Source: Nemertoderma westbladi (Eukaryota; Animalia; Xenacoelomorpha). Taken from it: DNA of 64,000 bases. Within the stretch, counting starts at the first letter, position 1; each line of letters starts with the position of its first letter. Both the position numbers and the translations under genes were made by a program. Under the pieces are notes generated by a model. It saw only the letters and a program-made list of their open reading frames with translations, had not been told where the DNA came from and did no database searches. The stretch lies in assembly GCA_032718475.1 (NCBI GenBank), contig JAUCBJ010006705.1:1-64000 (forward strand). The letters are read 5' to 3'. Below are positions 25,801 to 38,303 of this stretch, piece after piece.

Positions 25801-28800
25801 TAAGATAAGGTAGGAGGGATCCTTGTTCTGGAACAATAAGGTAAGGTAGGAGGAAGCCTTGTTCTGGCACAATAAGGTAAGGTAGGAGGAAGCCTTGTTC
25901 TGGCACAATAAGGTAAGATAAGGTAGGAGGGATCCTTGTTCTGGCACAATAAGGTAAGATAAGGTAGGAAGGATCCTTGTTCTGGCACAATAAGGTTATT
26001 GTAGGAGGCAGCCTTGTTCTGGCACAATAATGTAAGGTAGGAGGAAGCCTTGTTCTGGCACAATAAGGTAAGGTAGGAGGAAGCCTTGTTCTGGCACAAT
26101 AAGGTAAGATAAGGTAGGAGGAAGCCTTGTTCTGGCACAATAAGGTAAGATAAGGTAGGAGGGATCCTTGTTCTGGCACAATAAGGTAAGGTAGGAGGAA
26201 ACCTTGTTCTGGCACAATAAGGTAAGATAAGGTAGGAGGGATCCTTGTTCTGGCACAATAAGGTAAGGTAGGAGGAAACCTTGTTCTGGCACAATAAGGT
26301 AAGGTAGGAGGAAGCCTTGTTCTGGCACAATAAGGTAAGGTAGGAGGAAGCCTTGTTCTGGCACAATAAGGTAAGGTAGGAGGAAGCCTTGTTCTGGCAC
26401 AATAAGGTAAGGTAGGAGGAAGCCTTGTTCTGGCACAATAAGGTAAGGTAGGATGAAGCCTTGTTCTGGCACAATAAGGTAGGGTAGGAGGAAGCCTTTT
26501 TCTGGCACAATAAGGTAAGGTAAGGTAGGAGGAAGCCTTGTTCTGGCACAATAAGGTAGGGTAGGAGGAAGCCTTGTTCTGGCACAATAAGGTAAGGTAG
26601 GAGGAAGCCTTGTTCTGGCATAATAAGGTAATGTTGGAGGAAGCCTTGTTCTGGCACAATAAGGTAAGGTAGGAGTAAGCCTTGTTCTGGCCCAATAAGG
26701 TAAGGTAGGAGGAAGCCTTGTTCTGGCACAATAAGGTAAGGTAAGGTAGGAGGAAGCCTTGTTCTGGCACAATAAGGTAAGGTAGGAGGAAGCCTTGTTC
26801 TGGCACAATAAGGTAAGATAAGGTAGGAGGGATCCTTGTTCTGGAACAATAAGGTAAGGTAGGAGGAAGCCTTGTTCTGGCACAATAAGGTAAGGTAGGA
26901 GGAAGCCTTGTTCTGGCACAATAAGGTAAGATAAGGTAGGAGGGATCCTTGTTCTGGCACAATAAGGTAAGATAAGGTAGGAAGGATCCTTGTTCTGGCA
27001 CAATAAGGTTATTGTAGGAGGCAGCCTTGTTCTGGCACAATAATGTAAGGTAGGAGGAAGCCTTGTTCTGGCACAATAAGGTAAGGTAGGAGGAAGCCTT
27101 GTTCTGGCACAATAAGGTAAGGTAGGATGAAGCCTTGTTCTGGCACAATAAGGTAAGGTAGGAGGAAGCCTTTTTCTGGCACAATAAGGTAAGGTAAGGT
27201 AGGAGGAAGCCTTGTTCTGGCACAATAAGGTAGGGTAGGAGGAAGCCTTGTTCTGGCACAATAAGGTAAGGTAGGAGGAAGCCTTGTTCTGGCATAATAA
27301 GGTAATGTTGGAGGAAGCCTTGTTCTGGCACAATAAGGTAAGGTAGGAGTAAGCCTTGTTCTGGCCCAATAAGGTAAGGTAGGAGGAAGCCTTGTTCTGG
27401 CACAATAAGGTAAGGTAAGGTAGGAGGAAGCCTTGTTCTGGCACAATAAGGTAAGGTAGGAGGAAGCCTTGTTCTGGCACAATAAGGTAAGATAAGGTAG
27501 GAGGGATCCTTGTTCTGGAACAATAAGGTAAGGTAGGAGGAAGCCTTGTTCTGGCACAATAAGGTAAGGTAGGAGGAAGCCTTGTTCTGGCACAATAAGG
27601 TAAGATAAGGTAGGAGGGATCCTTGTTCTGGCACAATAAGGTAAGATAAGGTAGGAAGGATCCTTGTTCTGGCACAATAAGGTTATTGTAGGAGGCAGCC
27701 TTGTTCTGGCACAATAATGTAAGGTAGGAGGAAGCCTTGTTCTGGCACAATAAGGTAAGGTAGGAGGAAACCTTGTTCTGGCACAATAAGGTAAGATAAG
27801 GTAGGAGGAAGCCTTGTTCTGGCACAATAAGGTAAGATAAGGTAGGAGGGATCCTTGTTCTGGCACAATAAGGTAAGGTAGGAGGAAACCTTGTTCTGGC
27901 ACAATAAGGTAAGATAAGGTAGGAGGGATCCTTGTTCTGGCACAATAAGGTAAGGTAGGAGGAAACCTTGTTCTGGCACAATAAGGTAAGGTAGGAGGAA
28001 GCCTTGTTCTGGCACAATAAGGTAAGGTAGGAGGAAGCCTTGTTCTGGCACAATAAGGTAAGGTAGGAGGAAGCCTTGTTCTGGCACAATAAGGTAAGGT
28101 AGGAGGAAGCCTTGTTCTGGCACAATAAGGTAAGGTAGGATGAAGCCTTGTTCTGGCACAATAAGGTAGGGTAGGAGGAAGCCTTGTTCTGGCACAATAA
28201 GGTAAGGTAGGAGGAATCCTTGTTCTGGCACAATAAGGTAAGGTAAGGTAGGAGGAAGCCTTGTTCTGGCACAATAAGGTAAGGTCGGAGGAAGCCTTGT
28301 TCTGGCACAATAAGGTAAGGTAAGGTAGGATGAAGCCTTGTTCTGGCACAATAAGTTAAGGTAGGAGGAAGCCTTGTTCTGGCACAATAAGGTAAGGTAG
28401 GAGGAAGCCTTTTTCTGGCACAATAAGGTAAGGTAAGGTAGGAGGAAGCCTTGTTCTGGCACAATAAGGTAGGGTAGGAGGAAGCCTTGTTCTGGCACAA
28501 TAAGGTAAGGTAGGAGGAAGCCTTGTTCTGGCATAATAAGGTAATGTTGGAGGAAGCCTTGTTCTGGCACAATAAGGTAAGGTAGGAGTAAGCCTTGTTC
28601 TGGCCCAATAAGGTAAGGTAGGAGGAAGCCTTGTTCTGGCACAATAAGGTAAGGTAAGGTAGGAGGAAGCCTTGTTCTGGCACAATAAGGTAAGGTAGGA
28701 GGAAGCCTTGTTCTGGCACAATAAGGTAAGGTGAGGTAGGAGGAAGCCTTGTTCTGGCACAATAAGGTAAGGTAGGAGGAAGCCTTGTTCTGGCACAATA

Positions 28801-31800
28801 AGGTAAGGTAAGGTAGAAGGAAGCCTTGTTCTGGCACAATAAGGTAAGGTAGGAGGAAGCCTTATTCTGGCACAATAAGGTAAAGTAGGAGGAAGCCTTG
28901 TTCTGGCCCAATAAGGTAAGGTAGGAGGAAGCCTTGTTCTGGCACAATAAGGTAAGGTAGGACGAAGCCTTGTTCTGGCACAATAAGGCAAGGTAGGAGG
29001 AGGCCTTGTTCTTGCACAATAAGGTAAGGTAAGGTAGGAGGAAGCCTTGTTCTGGCACAATAAGGTAAGGTAGGAGGAAGCCTTGTTCTGGCACAATAAG
29101 GTAAGGTAGGAGGAAGCCTTGTTCTGGCACAATAACGTAAGGTAGGAGGAAGCCTTGTTCTGGCACAATAAGGTAAGGTAGGAGGAGGCCTTGTTCTTGC
29201 ACAATAAGGTAAGGTAAGGTAGGAGGAAGCCTTGTTCTGGCACAATAAGGTAAGGTAGGAGGAAGCCTTGTTCTGGCACAATAAGGCAAGGTAGGAGGAG
29301 GCCTTGTTCTTGCACAATAAGGTAAGGTAAGGTAGGAGGAAGCCTTGTTCTGGCACAATAAGGTAAGGTAGGAGGAAGCCTTGTTCTGGCACAATAACGT
29401 AAGGTAGGAGGAAGCCTTGTTCTGGCACAATAAGGTAAGGTAGGAGGAAGCCTTGTTCTGGCACAATAAGGTAAGTTAGGAGGAAGCCTTGTTCTGGTAC
29501 AATAAGGTAAGGTAGGAGGAAGCCTTGTTCTGGCACAATAAGGTAAGTTAGGAGGAAGCCTTGTTCTGGTACAATAAGGTAAGGTAGGAGGAAGCCTTGT
29601 TCTAGCACAATAAGGTAAGGTAGGAGGAAGCCTTGTTCTGGCACAATAAGGTAAGGTAGGAGGAAGCCTTGTTCTGGCACAATAAGGTAAGGTAGGAGGA
29701 AGCCTTGTTCTGGCACAATAAGGTAAGGTAGGAGGAAGCCTTGTTCTGGCACAATAAGGTAAGGTAGGAGGAAGCCTTGTTCTGGCACAATAAGGTAAGG
29801 TAGGAGGAAGCCTTGTTCTGGCACAATAAGGTAAGGTAGGAGGAAGCCTTGTTCTGGCACAATAAGGTAAGGTAGGAGGAAGCCTTGTTCTGGCACAATA
29901 AGGTAAGGTAAGGTAGGAGGAAGCCTTGTTCTGGCACAATAAGGTAAGGTAGGAGGAGGCCTTGTTCTGGCACAATAAGGTAAGGTAAGGTAGGAGGAAG
30001 CCTTTGTTCTGGTCCAATAAGGTAAGGTAAGGTAGGAGGAAGCCTTGTTCTGGCACAATAAGGTAAGGTAAGGTAGGAGGAAGCCTTGTTCTGGCACAAT
30101 AAGGTAAGGTAGGAGGAAGCCTTGTTCTGGTACAATAAGGTAAGGTAGGAGGAAGCCTTTTTCTGGCACAATAAGGTAAGGTAAGGTAGGAGGAAGCCTT
30201 GTTCTGGCACAATAAGGTAAGGTGAGGTAGGAGGAAGCCTTGTTCTGGCACAATAAGGTAAGGTAGGAGGAAGCCTTGTTCTGGCACAATAAGGTAAGGT
30301 AAGGTAGAAGGAAGCCTTGTTCTGGCACAATAAGGTAAGGTAGGAGGAAGCCTTATTCTGGCACAATAAGGTAAAGTACGGTAGGAGGAAGCCTTGTTCT
30401 GGCACAATAAGGTAAGGTAGGAGGAAGCCTTGTTCTGGCACAATAAGGTAAGGTAAGGTAGGAGGAAGCCATGTTCTGGCACAATAAAGTAAGGTAAGGT
30501 AGGAGGAAGCCTTGTTCTGGCACAATAAGGTAAGGTAGGAGGAAGCCTTGTTCTGGCACAATAAGGTAAGGTAAGGTAGGAGGAAGCCTTGTTCTGGCAC
30601 AATAAGGTAAGGTAGGAGGTAGCCTTGTTCTGGCACAATAAGGTAAGGTAGGAGGAAGCCTTGTTCTGGCACAATAAGGTAAGGTAGGAAGAAGACTTGT
30701 TCTGGCACAATAAGGTAAGGTAGGAGGAAGCCTTGTTCTGGCACAATAAGGTAAGGTAGGAGGAAGCCTTGTTCTGGCCCAATAAGGTAAGGTAAGGTAG
30801 GAGGAAGCCTTGTTCTGGCACAATAACACAATAAGGTAAGGTAGGAGGAAGCCTTGTTCTGGCACAATAAGGTAAGGTAGGAGGAAGCCTTGTTCTGGCA
30901 CAATAAGGTAAGGTAGGAGGAAGCCTTGTTCTGGCACAATAAGGTAAGGTAGGAGGAAGCCTTGTTCTGGCACAATAAGGTAAGGTAAGGTAGGAGGAAG
31001 CCTTGTTCTGGCACAATAAGGTAAGGTAGGAGGAAGCCTTGTTCTGGCACAATAAGGTAAGGTAGGAGGAAGCCTTGTTCTGGCACAATAAGGTAAGGTA
31101 GGACGAAGCCTTGTTCTGGCACAATAAGGCAAGGTAGGAGGAAGCCTTGTTCTTGCACAATAAGGTAAGGTAAGGTAGGAGGAAGCCTTGTTCTGGCACA
31201 ATAAGGTAAGGTAGGAGGAAGCCTTGTTCTGGCACAATAAGGTAAGGTAAGGTAGGAGGAAGCCTTGTTCTGGCACAATAAGGTAAGGTAGGAGGAGGCC
31301 TTGTTCTGGCACAATAAGGTAAGGTAAGGTAGGAGGAAGCCTTTGTTCTGGTCCAATAAGGTAAGGTAAGGTAGGAGGAAGCCTTGTTCTGGCACAATAA
31401 GGTAAGGTAAGGTAGGAGGAAGCCTTGTTCTGGCACAATAAGGTAAGGTAGGAGGAAGCCTTGTTCTGGTACAATAAGGTAAGGTAGGAGGAAGCCTTTT
31501 TCTGGCACAATAAGGTAAGGTAAGGTAGGAGGAAGACTTGTTCTGGCACAATAAGGTAAGGTAAGGTAGGAGGAAGCCTTGTTCTGGCACAATAAGGTAA
31601 GGTAGAAGGAAGCCTTGTTCTGGCACAATAAGGTAAGGTAGGAGGAAGCCTTGTTCTGGCACAATAAGGTAAGGTAGGAGGAAGCCTTGTTCTGGCACAA
31701 TAAGGTAAGGTAGGAGGAAGCCTTGTTCTGGCACAATAGGGTAAGGTAAGAGGAAGCCTTGTTCTGGCACAATAAGGTAAGGTAGGAGGAAGCCTTGTTC

Positions 31801-32811
31801 TGGCCCAATAAGGTAAGGTAGGAGGAAGCCTTGTTCTGGCACAATAAGGTAAGGTAGGAGGAAGCCTTGTTCTGGCACAATAAGGTAAGGTAGGAGGAAG
31901 CCTTGTTCTGGCACAATAAGGTAAGGTAGGAGGAAGCCTTGTTCTGGCACAATATGGTAAGGTAGGAGGAAGCCTTGTTCTGGCACAATAAGGTAAGGTA
32001 AGGTAAGGTAGGAGGAAGCCTTGTTCTGGCACAATAAGGTAAGATAGGAGGAATCCTTATTCTGGCACAATAAGGTAAAGTAAGGTAGGAGGAAGCCTTG
32101 TTCTGGCACAATAAGGTAAGGTAGGAGGAAGCCTTGTTCTGGCACAATAATGTAAGGTAGGAGGAAGCCTTGTTCTGGCACAATAAGGTAAGGTAAGGTA
32201 GGAGGGAGCCTTGTTCAGGCACAATAACGTAAGGTAGGAGGAAGCCTTGTTCTGGCACAATAAGGTAAGGTAGGAGGAAGCCTTGTTCTGGCACAATAAG
32301 GTAAGGTAGGAGGAAGCCTTGTTCTGGCACAATAAGGTAAGGTAGGAGGAAGCCTTGTTCTGGCACAATAAGGTAAGGTAAGGTAGGAGGAAGCCTTGTT
32401 CTGGCACAATACGGTAAAGTAAGGTAGGAGGAAGCCTTGTTCTGGCACAATAAGGTAAGGTAAGGTAGGAGGGAGCCTTGTTCAGGCACAATAAGGTAAG
32501 GTAGGAGGAAGCCTTGTTCTGGCACAATAAGGTAAGGTAGGAGGAAGCCTTGTTCTGGCACAATAAGGTAAGGTAGGAGGAAGCCTTGTTCTGGCACAAT
32601 AAGGTAAGGTAAGGTAGGAGGAAGCCTTGTTCTGGCACAATAAGGTAAGGTAGGAGGAAGCCTTGTTCTGGCACAATAAGGTAAGGTAAGGTAGGAGGAA
32701 GCCTTGTTCTGGCACAATAAGGTAAGGTAGGAGGAGGCCTTGTTCTGGCACAATAAGGTAAGGTAAGGTAGGAGGAAGCCTTGTTCTGGTCCAATAAGGT
32801 AAGGTAAGGTA
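13820..32811. repeat. 36-bp satellite, left block (~19 kb)
   Basis: Unit ggaggaagccttgttctggcacaataaggtaaggta, with 41- and 46-bp variants from extra TAAGG and regional variant families. Confidence 0.99.
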
Positions 32812-33971
32812 TGTTTGCGCTTTTGAAGACCTTTGACAGTTTAACCTGCCAAAATTAGAATGTCTTTTAGATGATAGATAGTCTTTAGCCTATGATGAGT
32901 ATTTAATACACTACATTAGCCGAAGCCAGTCTATGCGCAATCATTCACCCGTTGGATATACCCGGGAGACTGAGTTCGGAGCTTAATGATTGATGGTGTA
33001 AGCCTACTGTATTATTCGACTGATCGTAATATATAATCTCTGACAAATATTATTCACTTTCGGGAAATATCAACAGTTCCTTTAGGACGTGGTGCTCTAA
33101 ATATGTAAACAGAGTTATGACTTAAACTAGACACAACGAAAAGGCTATAGATTCACGTATATGGCGCATTCTTTAGGAGATGCTTTGTTATCAGTTACAC
33201 TCATACACAATGCTGCACAATACTGCACACTAATCTGCCGACCTTCACTAAATTTGGTCACGTATAAAGAGAGCAACAGACAATTTATGTTGGGCATATG
33301 AAATAGCATTAGATTCACTTCAAACCACTTAACATAGGTCGCAATCGTTTATCTGTAACCGGTCTCTCTAACCTTTAGTATATCAAGGCTTAACAGATAT
33401 CTGACTATTGATCAGTATTCCGATATAATATTTCATCAACAAATATAATGAATAACCGACAGCAAAAGCAGTAATATTAGTAATTTATGGATAGTGAGTG
33501 AGTAAGTAAGTAGCTCGTTAACAGATATACGTTCTATAATTAAGCCTACTAATGTAAGAGTAAAGACTGAAAACACGGAGGTGCCAAAAGCCGATGTTCT
33601 TAGGCTCTGGGCAAAAACATAACACTGAACTACTGAGTTCTGTATACACCTCCAACACAGAGACAAAAAACGCTCTGATTGGTCAACCGAACAACTAGAG
33701 AACAAAGAAACAAAGAAATGTCGACGTGGCAATATCAGCTGTTAGCCGTCGTCATGGTAGCGACACTGTTTTCAAGAGTATCTAGCTTATCGCGTCACGA
33801 GATTGCGGATTATGTCCTCTAAAGTACGAATACAGTGCAAATACAAAAGAAATGACTTTTATGTCCTCTAAAACACCAGTACAGCAAGGACACGGCCTTT
33901 TTATGCCTGGTAAACCAACTACAGAGTACTTTAAGGGAAAATAACCGGTTAATGACGCAAAAGCTTTTACA
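32812..33971 (-). repeat. 3' LTR (1160 bp)
   Basis: Minus strand TGTAAAAGC...GCGCAAACA. Differs from the 5' LTR by about 7 substitutions (counted by eye) and one 12/13-nt block. Confidence 0.97.
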
Positions 33972-33979
33972 CCGCTCCC
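33972..33979 (-). other. Polypurine tract
   Basis: GGGAGCGG immediately before the TG of the 3' LTR on the minus strand. Confidence 0.7.
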
Positions 33980-34049
33980 AGAAAATGGGATTTAAGTCTA
34001 TAAAATACAACAAATCACAGTTTCTAAAATATAAAAATACTCTAAACAG

Positions 34050-37000
34050 TTAGTCTTTCTTACGCGGATGGCGTTTACGCAGTTTTTGGAGGCTAGTAAG
34101 AGTCCTTTTCTCTTTGGGGCGAGCCACTTTACTAGGAGGGCTGTAACTCCTGGGTGAAGGGTGCAATACAATTGCATCAGAAGGTTTCGGATTGCGATCG
34201 GTATATCCGCCGGTCGAGGTACCTGGTTGATCGATATCAACTTCCGTGGAGCGAGGTCTAACAGCCTTTAGGGCGCGCCTCAGGACAGCAGCTCCTACGG
34301 GTCCTTGACGGGTTGTCTGGGCAATGGCGGTAGGCGGACCGTGAGTGGTGAGAAACTTCCTTGGTTTAATAGTTCTTTCCAGCTCGCGTTCTCGGGCTCG
34401 ATATTCGTAGGGCCGTCGAGATACTTCCTGTAACTCCGGGTGCGAGTTGATAAATAAATCGCCATACTCAGGGTCTTGATGGATATAATTGATCAAATGG
34501 TATGAAGTAATATCGTTAGGATTGATGTTCCTAAGGTATCTTCTAACAAATTTAGTGGAAATACACTCACCAACACGCTTCATTAGCTCGTAACTCGGTA
34601 CGCGTGTTTTTTGTTCCACAGACGCTAATAAATAAGGATGGAACGCGTAAACTCCCTCGTAAGAGCGTCCAGGGTAGTATCGATGACGGGACTCACAATG
34701 TAAATCCGCGTTCGCTTCCCAAGCTCGAATGTAGCGCAGGGTAATCATTTCATCTACGCTCTCTAAATCGTGATTAAAGGGGCAATTATAACTGGCATGT
34801 CCTTTAAGTTGACAGTGGTGGCATTGAGTCATAAATTGGGGGCAGACTGCAAAAATATGAGAGTTATTAATTCTGCAATACGCACAATATATCTCCATCA
34901 TTGGTTGTTCGTGGAAGTAGGAACAGGGTACGTCTGAGTCCATAGGAGTGAAATGGTCTCTCGATGCGCATAATCGACAACGTTTTCGAGAAACATAGTT
35001 AGCGTGTCGATAATCGTATGCGGTGAGACATTGTGGACCTTGATACCACTCTAAGACGTAGTCGTTATCGCTGCTCCGGGGCGCTTTAGGTTGAATCGCT
35101 TCAGCTTCTAAGCATATTGGTTCGTCTTCCAATTGCATAGCTGAGGTAGATGCGGCTGTCTCCGCAAGCGGACCCACTGTCTGAACTTCGACGACAGAAT
35201 AACCCGTGGGTATTCGGGGTCTTTGTATAACAGATGAGTGCAAGTTCTGTATACAAACGTCCTGAAAAAGGGCAAATCCCGCGCTGTTTAGCTTCTCCGC
35301 CGCTGAGTCTCTCAGGCTGAGTTTGGTCAGAGCGCGGTCCTTGAACTGACTATCCACGTTACGGAACGGAGTCAGAAAGCGCCTGAAACATTCAAAGCGG
35401 ATGAATTTATTGTGTTCATCTAGCTTGGCGAGTTTGGTTCCAAGTATTAAGGGATGGGCGCGTATGGTACGACTGCACACATCGGCTAGCCAACCGGCAA
35501 GTGCTGCGTTTTCAAAGATCGTGTATATAGCTAAGGAGGGACGAAGTGGAACACTCATAAAGCTATACACGGCGCCAGGTGCGGTCAATGGTCCATCAAA
35601 GTATAAACGAGAATAATGATCTCCGTATACTTGTTGGTAATTTATAGGATTTCCAACCTTGAAATTCCATCCGTATTCTTGAAAGGCAAGATGTCCGATG
35701 GAGGTTCGTTGTACTTTGGTAATTCCGCTGGGTGTATTGGCATACATAGTGCGGATGAAACCTCGGCCTTCTGCCCAAGGAGCAATCAGCTGAGTATCAA
35801 CGAAGGGGTATGGAATGTTCTCCATATTCCGAAAGTCGTTCTGTAGGTCTCCATAAACAGCTGAGCCGATTTTAAGGATTCCTTCGTTAAACAGCATCTC
35901 GAGCACGGGTTGGGGTAACATCGATCCATCGATACCCATGGCCGGCTTGCGCTCGGTGTCGGTGACGTAACGCTGCGCGAGTTCAAATTGTCCATGTCGG
36001 AGTTTCTTTTGTGTCTCAGTAAGAGTTTCAAAAGAATAATCAATAACGTCGGAACACGCTCGAGTAAATACGTGGGTAGAACCAGCGAGTCCTCGTATGT
36101 GTATCATCCGCGTAGTTCCAAGTTCTCCAACCGGAACGCTACCTTCGTTATCGTAAGTGACAACTCCATACATCTCGATAACGTTAAGAGTTTCGTTCCA
36201 CTCTTTAGTGGCGTTTTCGAGTGTCATTCCCACAGGATGCCACAAGGTAGCACATTCGCTAGCATTAGGCAGGTCTTTATATTTTAAATATTGTGTGGTA
36301 TGTGTTTCCTCATCTCCATATCATTGTATTCTTTCCTCCTCGAATAACACATCAAGATTCCAGTGCACTAAACGAGTTTTGATGAATCCATCAAGATTAT
36401 ATGGAGGTATTGTTTCTTTCTCTATTCTGGAAACATTATATGGTTTTCGAAACGAGTTTACTTTAACTAACTGATCCAGATGTTTCTGCAGTTGTTCGAG
36501 TTCGACAAGATCGAGAGGATTTATTAACGGTAGAAACTTCAGACTATGTGTAGGATCTTCCGGTTTTACCATGTAATATTGTTTGAGATTGACGTAATAA
36601 GGGTGATCTTTGATACCATAAAACGAGTCCGGTAAAGGTCTAGCGCGTATGTTTACATCGTGTACCATGCGACGGACAAGATCTGCTCTATTGTCCGGAG
36701 GTTCAACGAGCATACCATCGACACGAGCGGGTTTGATGGGCGGACGCTGCAACAGAGGAGCGTCGGCGATAAGATCGCGAGATCTTAGGTTGATATCAAC
36801 CGGTTGGGGTTGTGCCGTCGCAAAAAGTTTGTCTCCGAAATGGGGAACCATCGAGGGATGAAGAATGGTTTTAGAGTAGAGATCCGTCATAAGGATTTGC
36901 GCTTCGGGTTGAGCTAAAGCCGCTTCTTCTCTCTCATCCAGTTCTATATGTCTCTCCTCGAGCTGATTCTCCTCCGCTTGTTGTTGTAGACACTCATCTA

Positions 37001-38303
37001 GAAACTCTTGTAAAGAGTAGGTTCGTCCACGTTCGATGTCCTCCTCGAGATTTTGTATTTCTCTATCGAACTGGGGTAAAGCTAATTCCTTCACCGCTTG
37101 GACTTGTTGCTGCAATTTACGCTTCTCCAAACAATCGTACGTTCCCTTTCCGATTTTCTGCCGAATAGTGTCTAATGCGTTTCGTACGACGCTCTCTTCG
37201 ACTTCCGTAGCGGGTTGGATAGAGGTGAAGCCGGGACGGTTGTATGGGTTAAACGGTGATATTAGATGACCACGTCCCAATCCAGCTAGGTAGGGTTGAC
37301 GAATGTCTTGCGAGCCTACTACCGGAGTGCCACCGATCAACTGTTCGGGTAACACTAGATCTTTGAACAGTGAGTACAGTTCGGGAGGATCCGTGATACT
37401 ATTAGGGTCAAGAGTTTGAGGTCTGACTGAGGAATGCGGAGGTCTGACCGAGTATTCCGGAACTCTGATCATCGGTTTGTTCAAGGATCGCTTGAGTCGA
37501 GCGACCGCAGGGGACACGTCGAACAGGTTTCGCTCGAAACTCCCGTAAGTATATCGTGTAAAACTGTGTTTAGCGCAACGTCTCCGCGGATGTTTATGTC
37601 TTTCCGTTTGCTGATTGGGTCTAGGGCATTCGTCACAGTAATACCAAAGACGCATGTCCTGCAGAGGAAACGCGGGTGATCGTTCTCCAGTTTTACAATA
37701 TTCCTCCATCTGTTCGAAGCTATCTGGGACAACAGGTAGCGGTCGATCGGCGGTAAGATACATCATAGTAAAATAGAGTCGTTTGAGTTCTATCATAGGA
37801 TCATGATGTATACCTTGAGGATATCGAGTTTCGAGATTTTGTTGACTGGCAATATTGAGGTATGTTTCTCTCAAGAATTCCAGATAATCGTTGAAGTCGT
37901 TGCGTTTATCCGGCTCTTCAATATCTTCTCTTTCGAGTCGGTTTCGAATAGAGTTCTCGTGTTCTATTCTTGGCTTATCGTTCCGATTCCGTTGGGTATG
38001 ATATTTAAATAAAACCATTTCCCTTTCGGTATCCACATCGTCCGTATCGTGTAAATCGATAGGGTGGCCGGTAGTTAAGAAGTCCATATACGTACCATTA
38101 CGATGCGTATAGCGAGCGGTGAACTTTCTATAGTCCAATTCACGCGTAAGTTGCTCCGGGGACATCGACGATTCGATATAACGACCATCATCCTCCGTAG
38201 TAGTTGGACCAGCGTCGCCGCGTATCAAGCTATCGACAAACGCTTGTAAAGGTAGAGTATATCGCTCCCTGATGCCAAGATCATCTTCTATCAACTCAGT
38301 CAT
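34050..38303 (-). CDS. Accessory gene (~1417 codons, one in-frame TGA at 36323-36321): unknown N-terminal half + DEDDy (WRN/EXD/Mut-7-like) 3'-5' exonuclease + zinc knuckles
   Basis: ORFs 36321-38303 and 34050-36245 are in the same frame, with 25 open codons between them. ExoI VVTYDNEG, then LPQPVLEMLFNEGILKIGSAVYGD (ExoII), FVDTQL, and ExoIII-like VPLRPSLAIYTIFE. Cys/His motifs: CRLCASRDH, CAYCRINNSHIFAVC and CHHCQLKGHASYNC. Confidence 0.8.

Noticed and set aside
13820-32811. CRISPR array (36-bp repeat)
   Set aside because: Units are directly adjacent with no unique spacers, there are no cas genes, and the context is eukaryotic.
33436-34013. Short ORFs within the LTRs (also 7528-7917 and 50944-51240)
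   Set aside because: No recognisable motifs, and frames are not maintained between the related LTRs.
34050-38303. Envelope gene
   Set aside because: No signal peptide, fusion peptide or transmembrane anchor is visible; the motifs point to an exonuclease.
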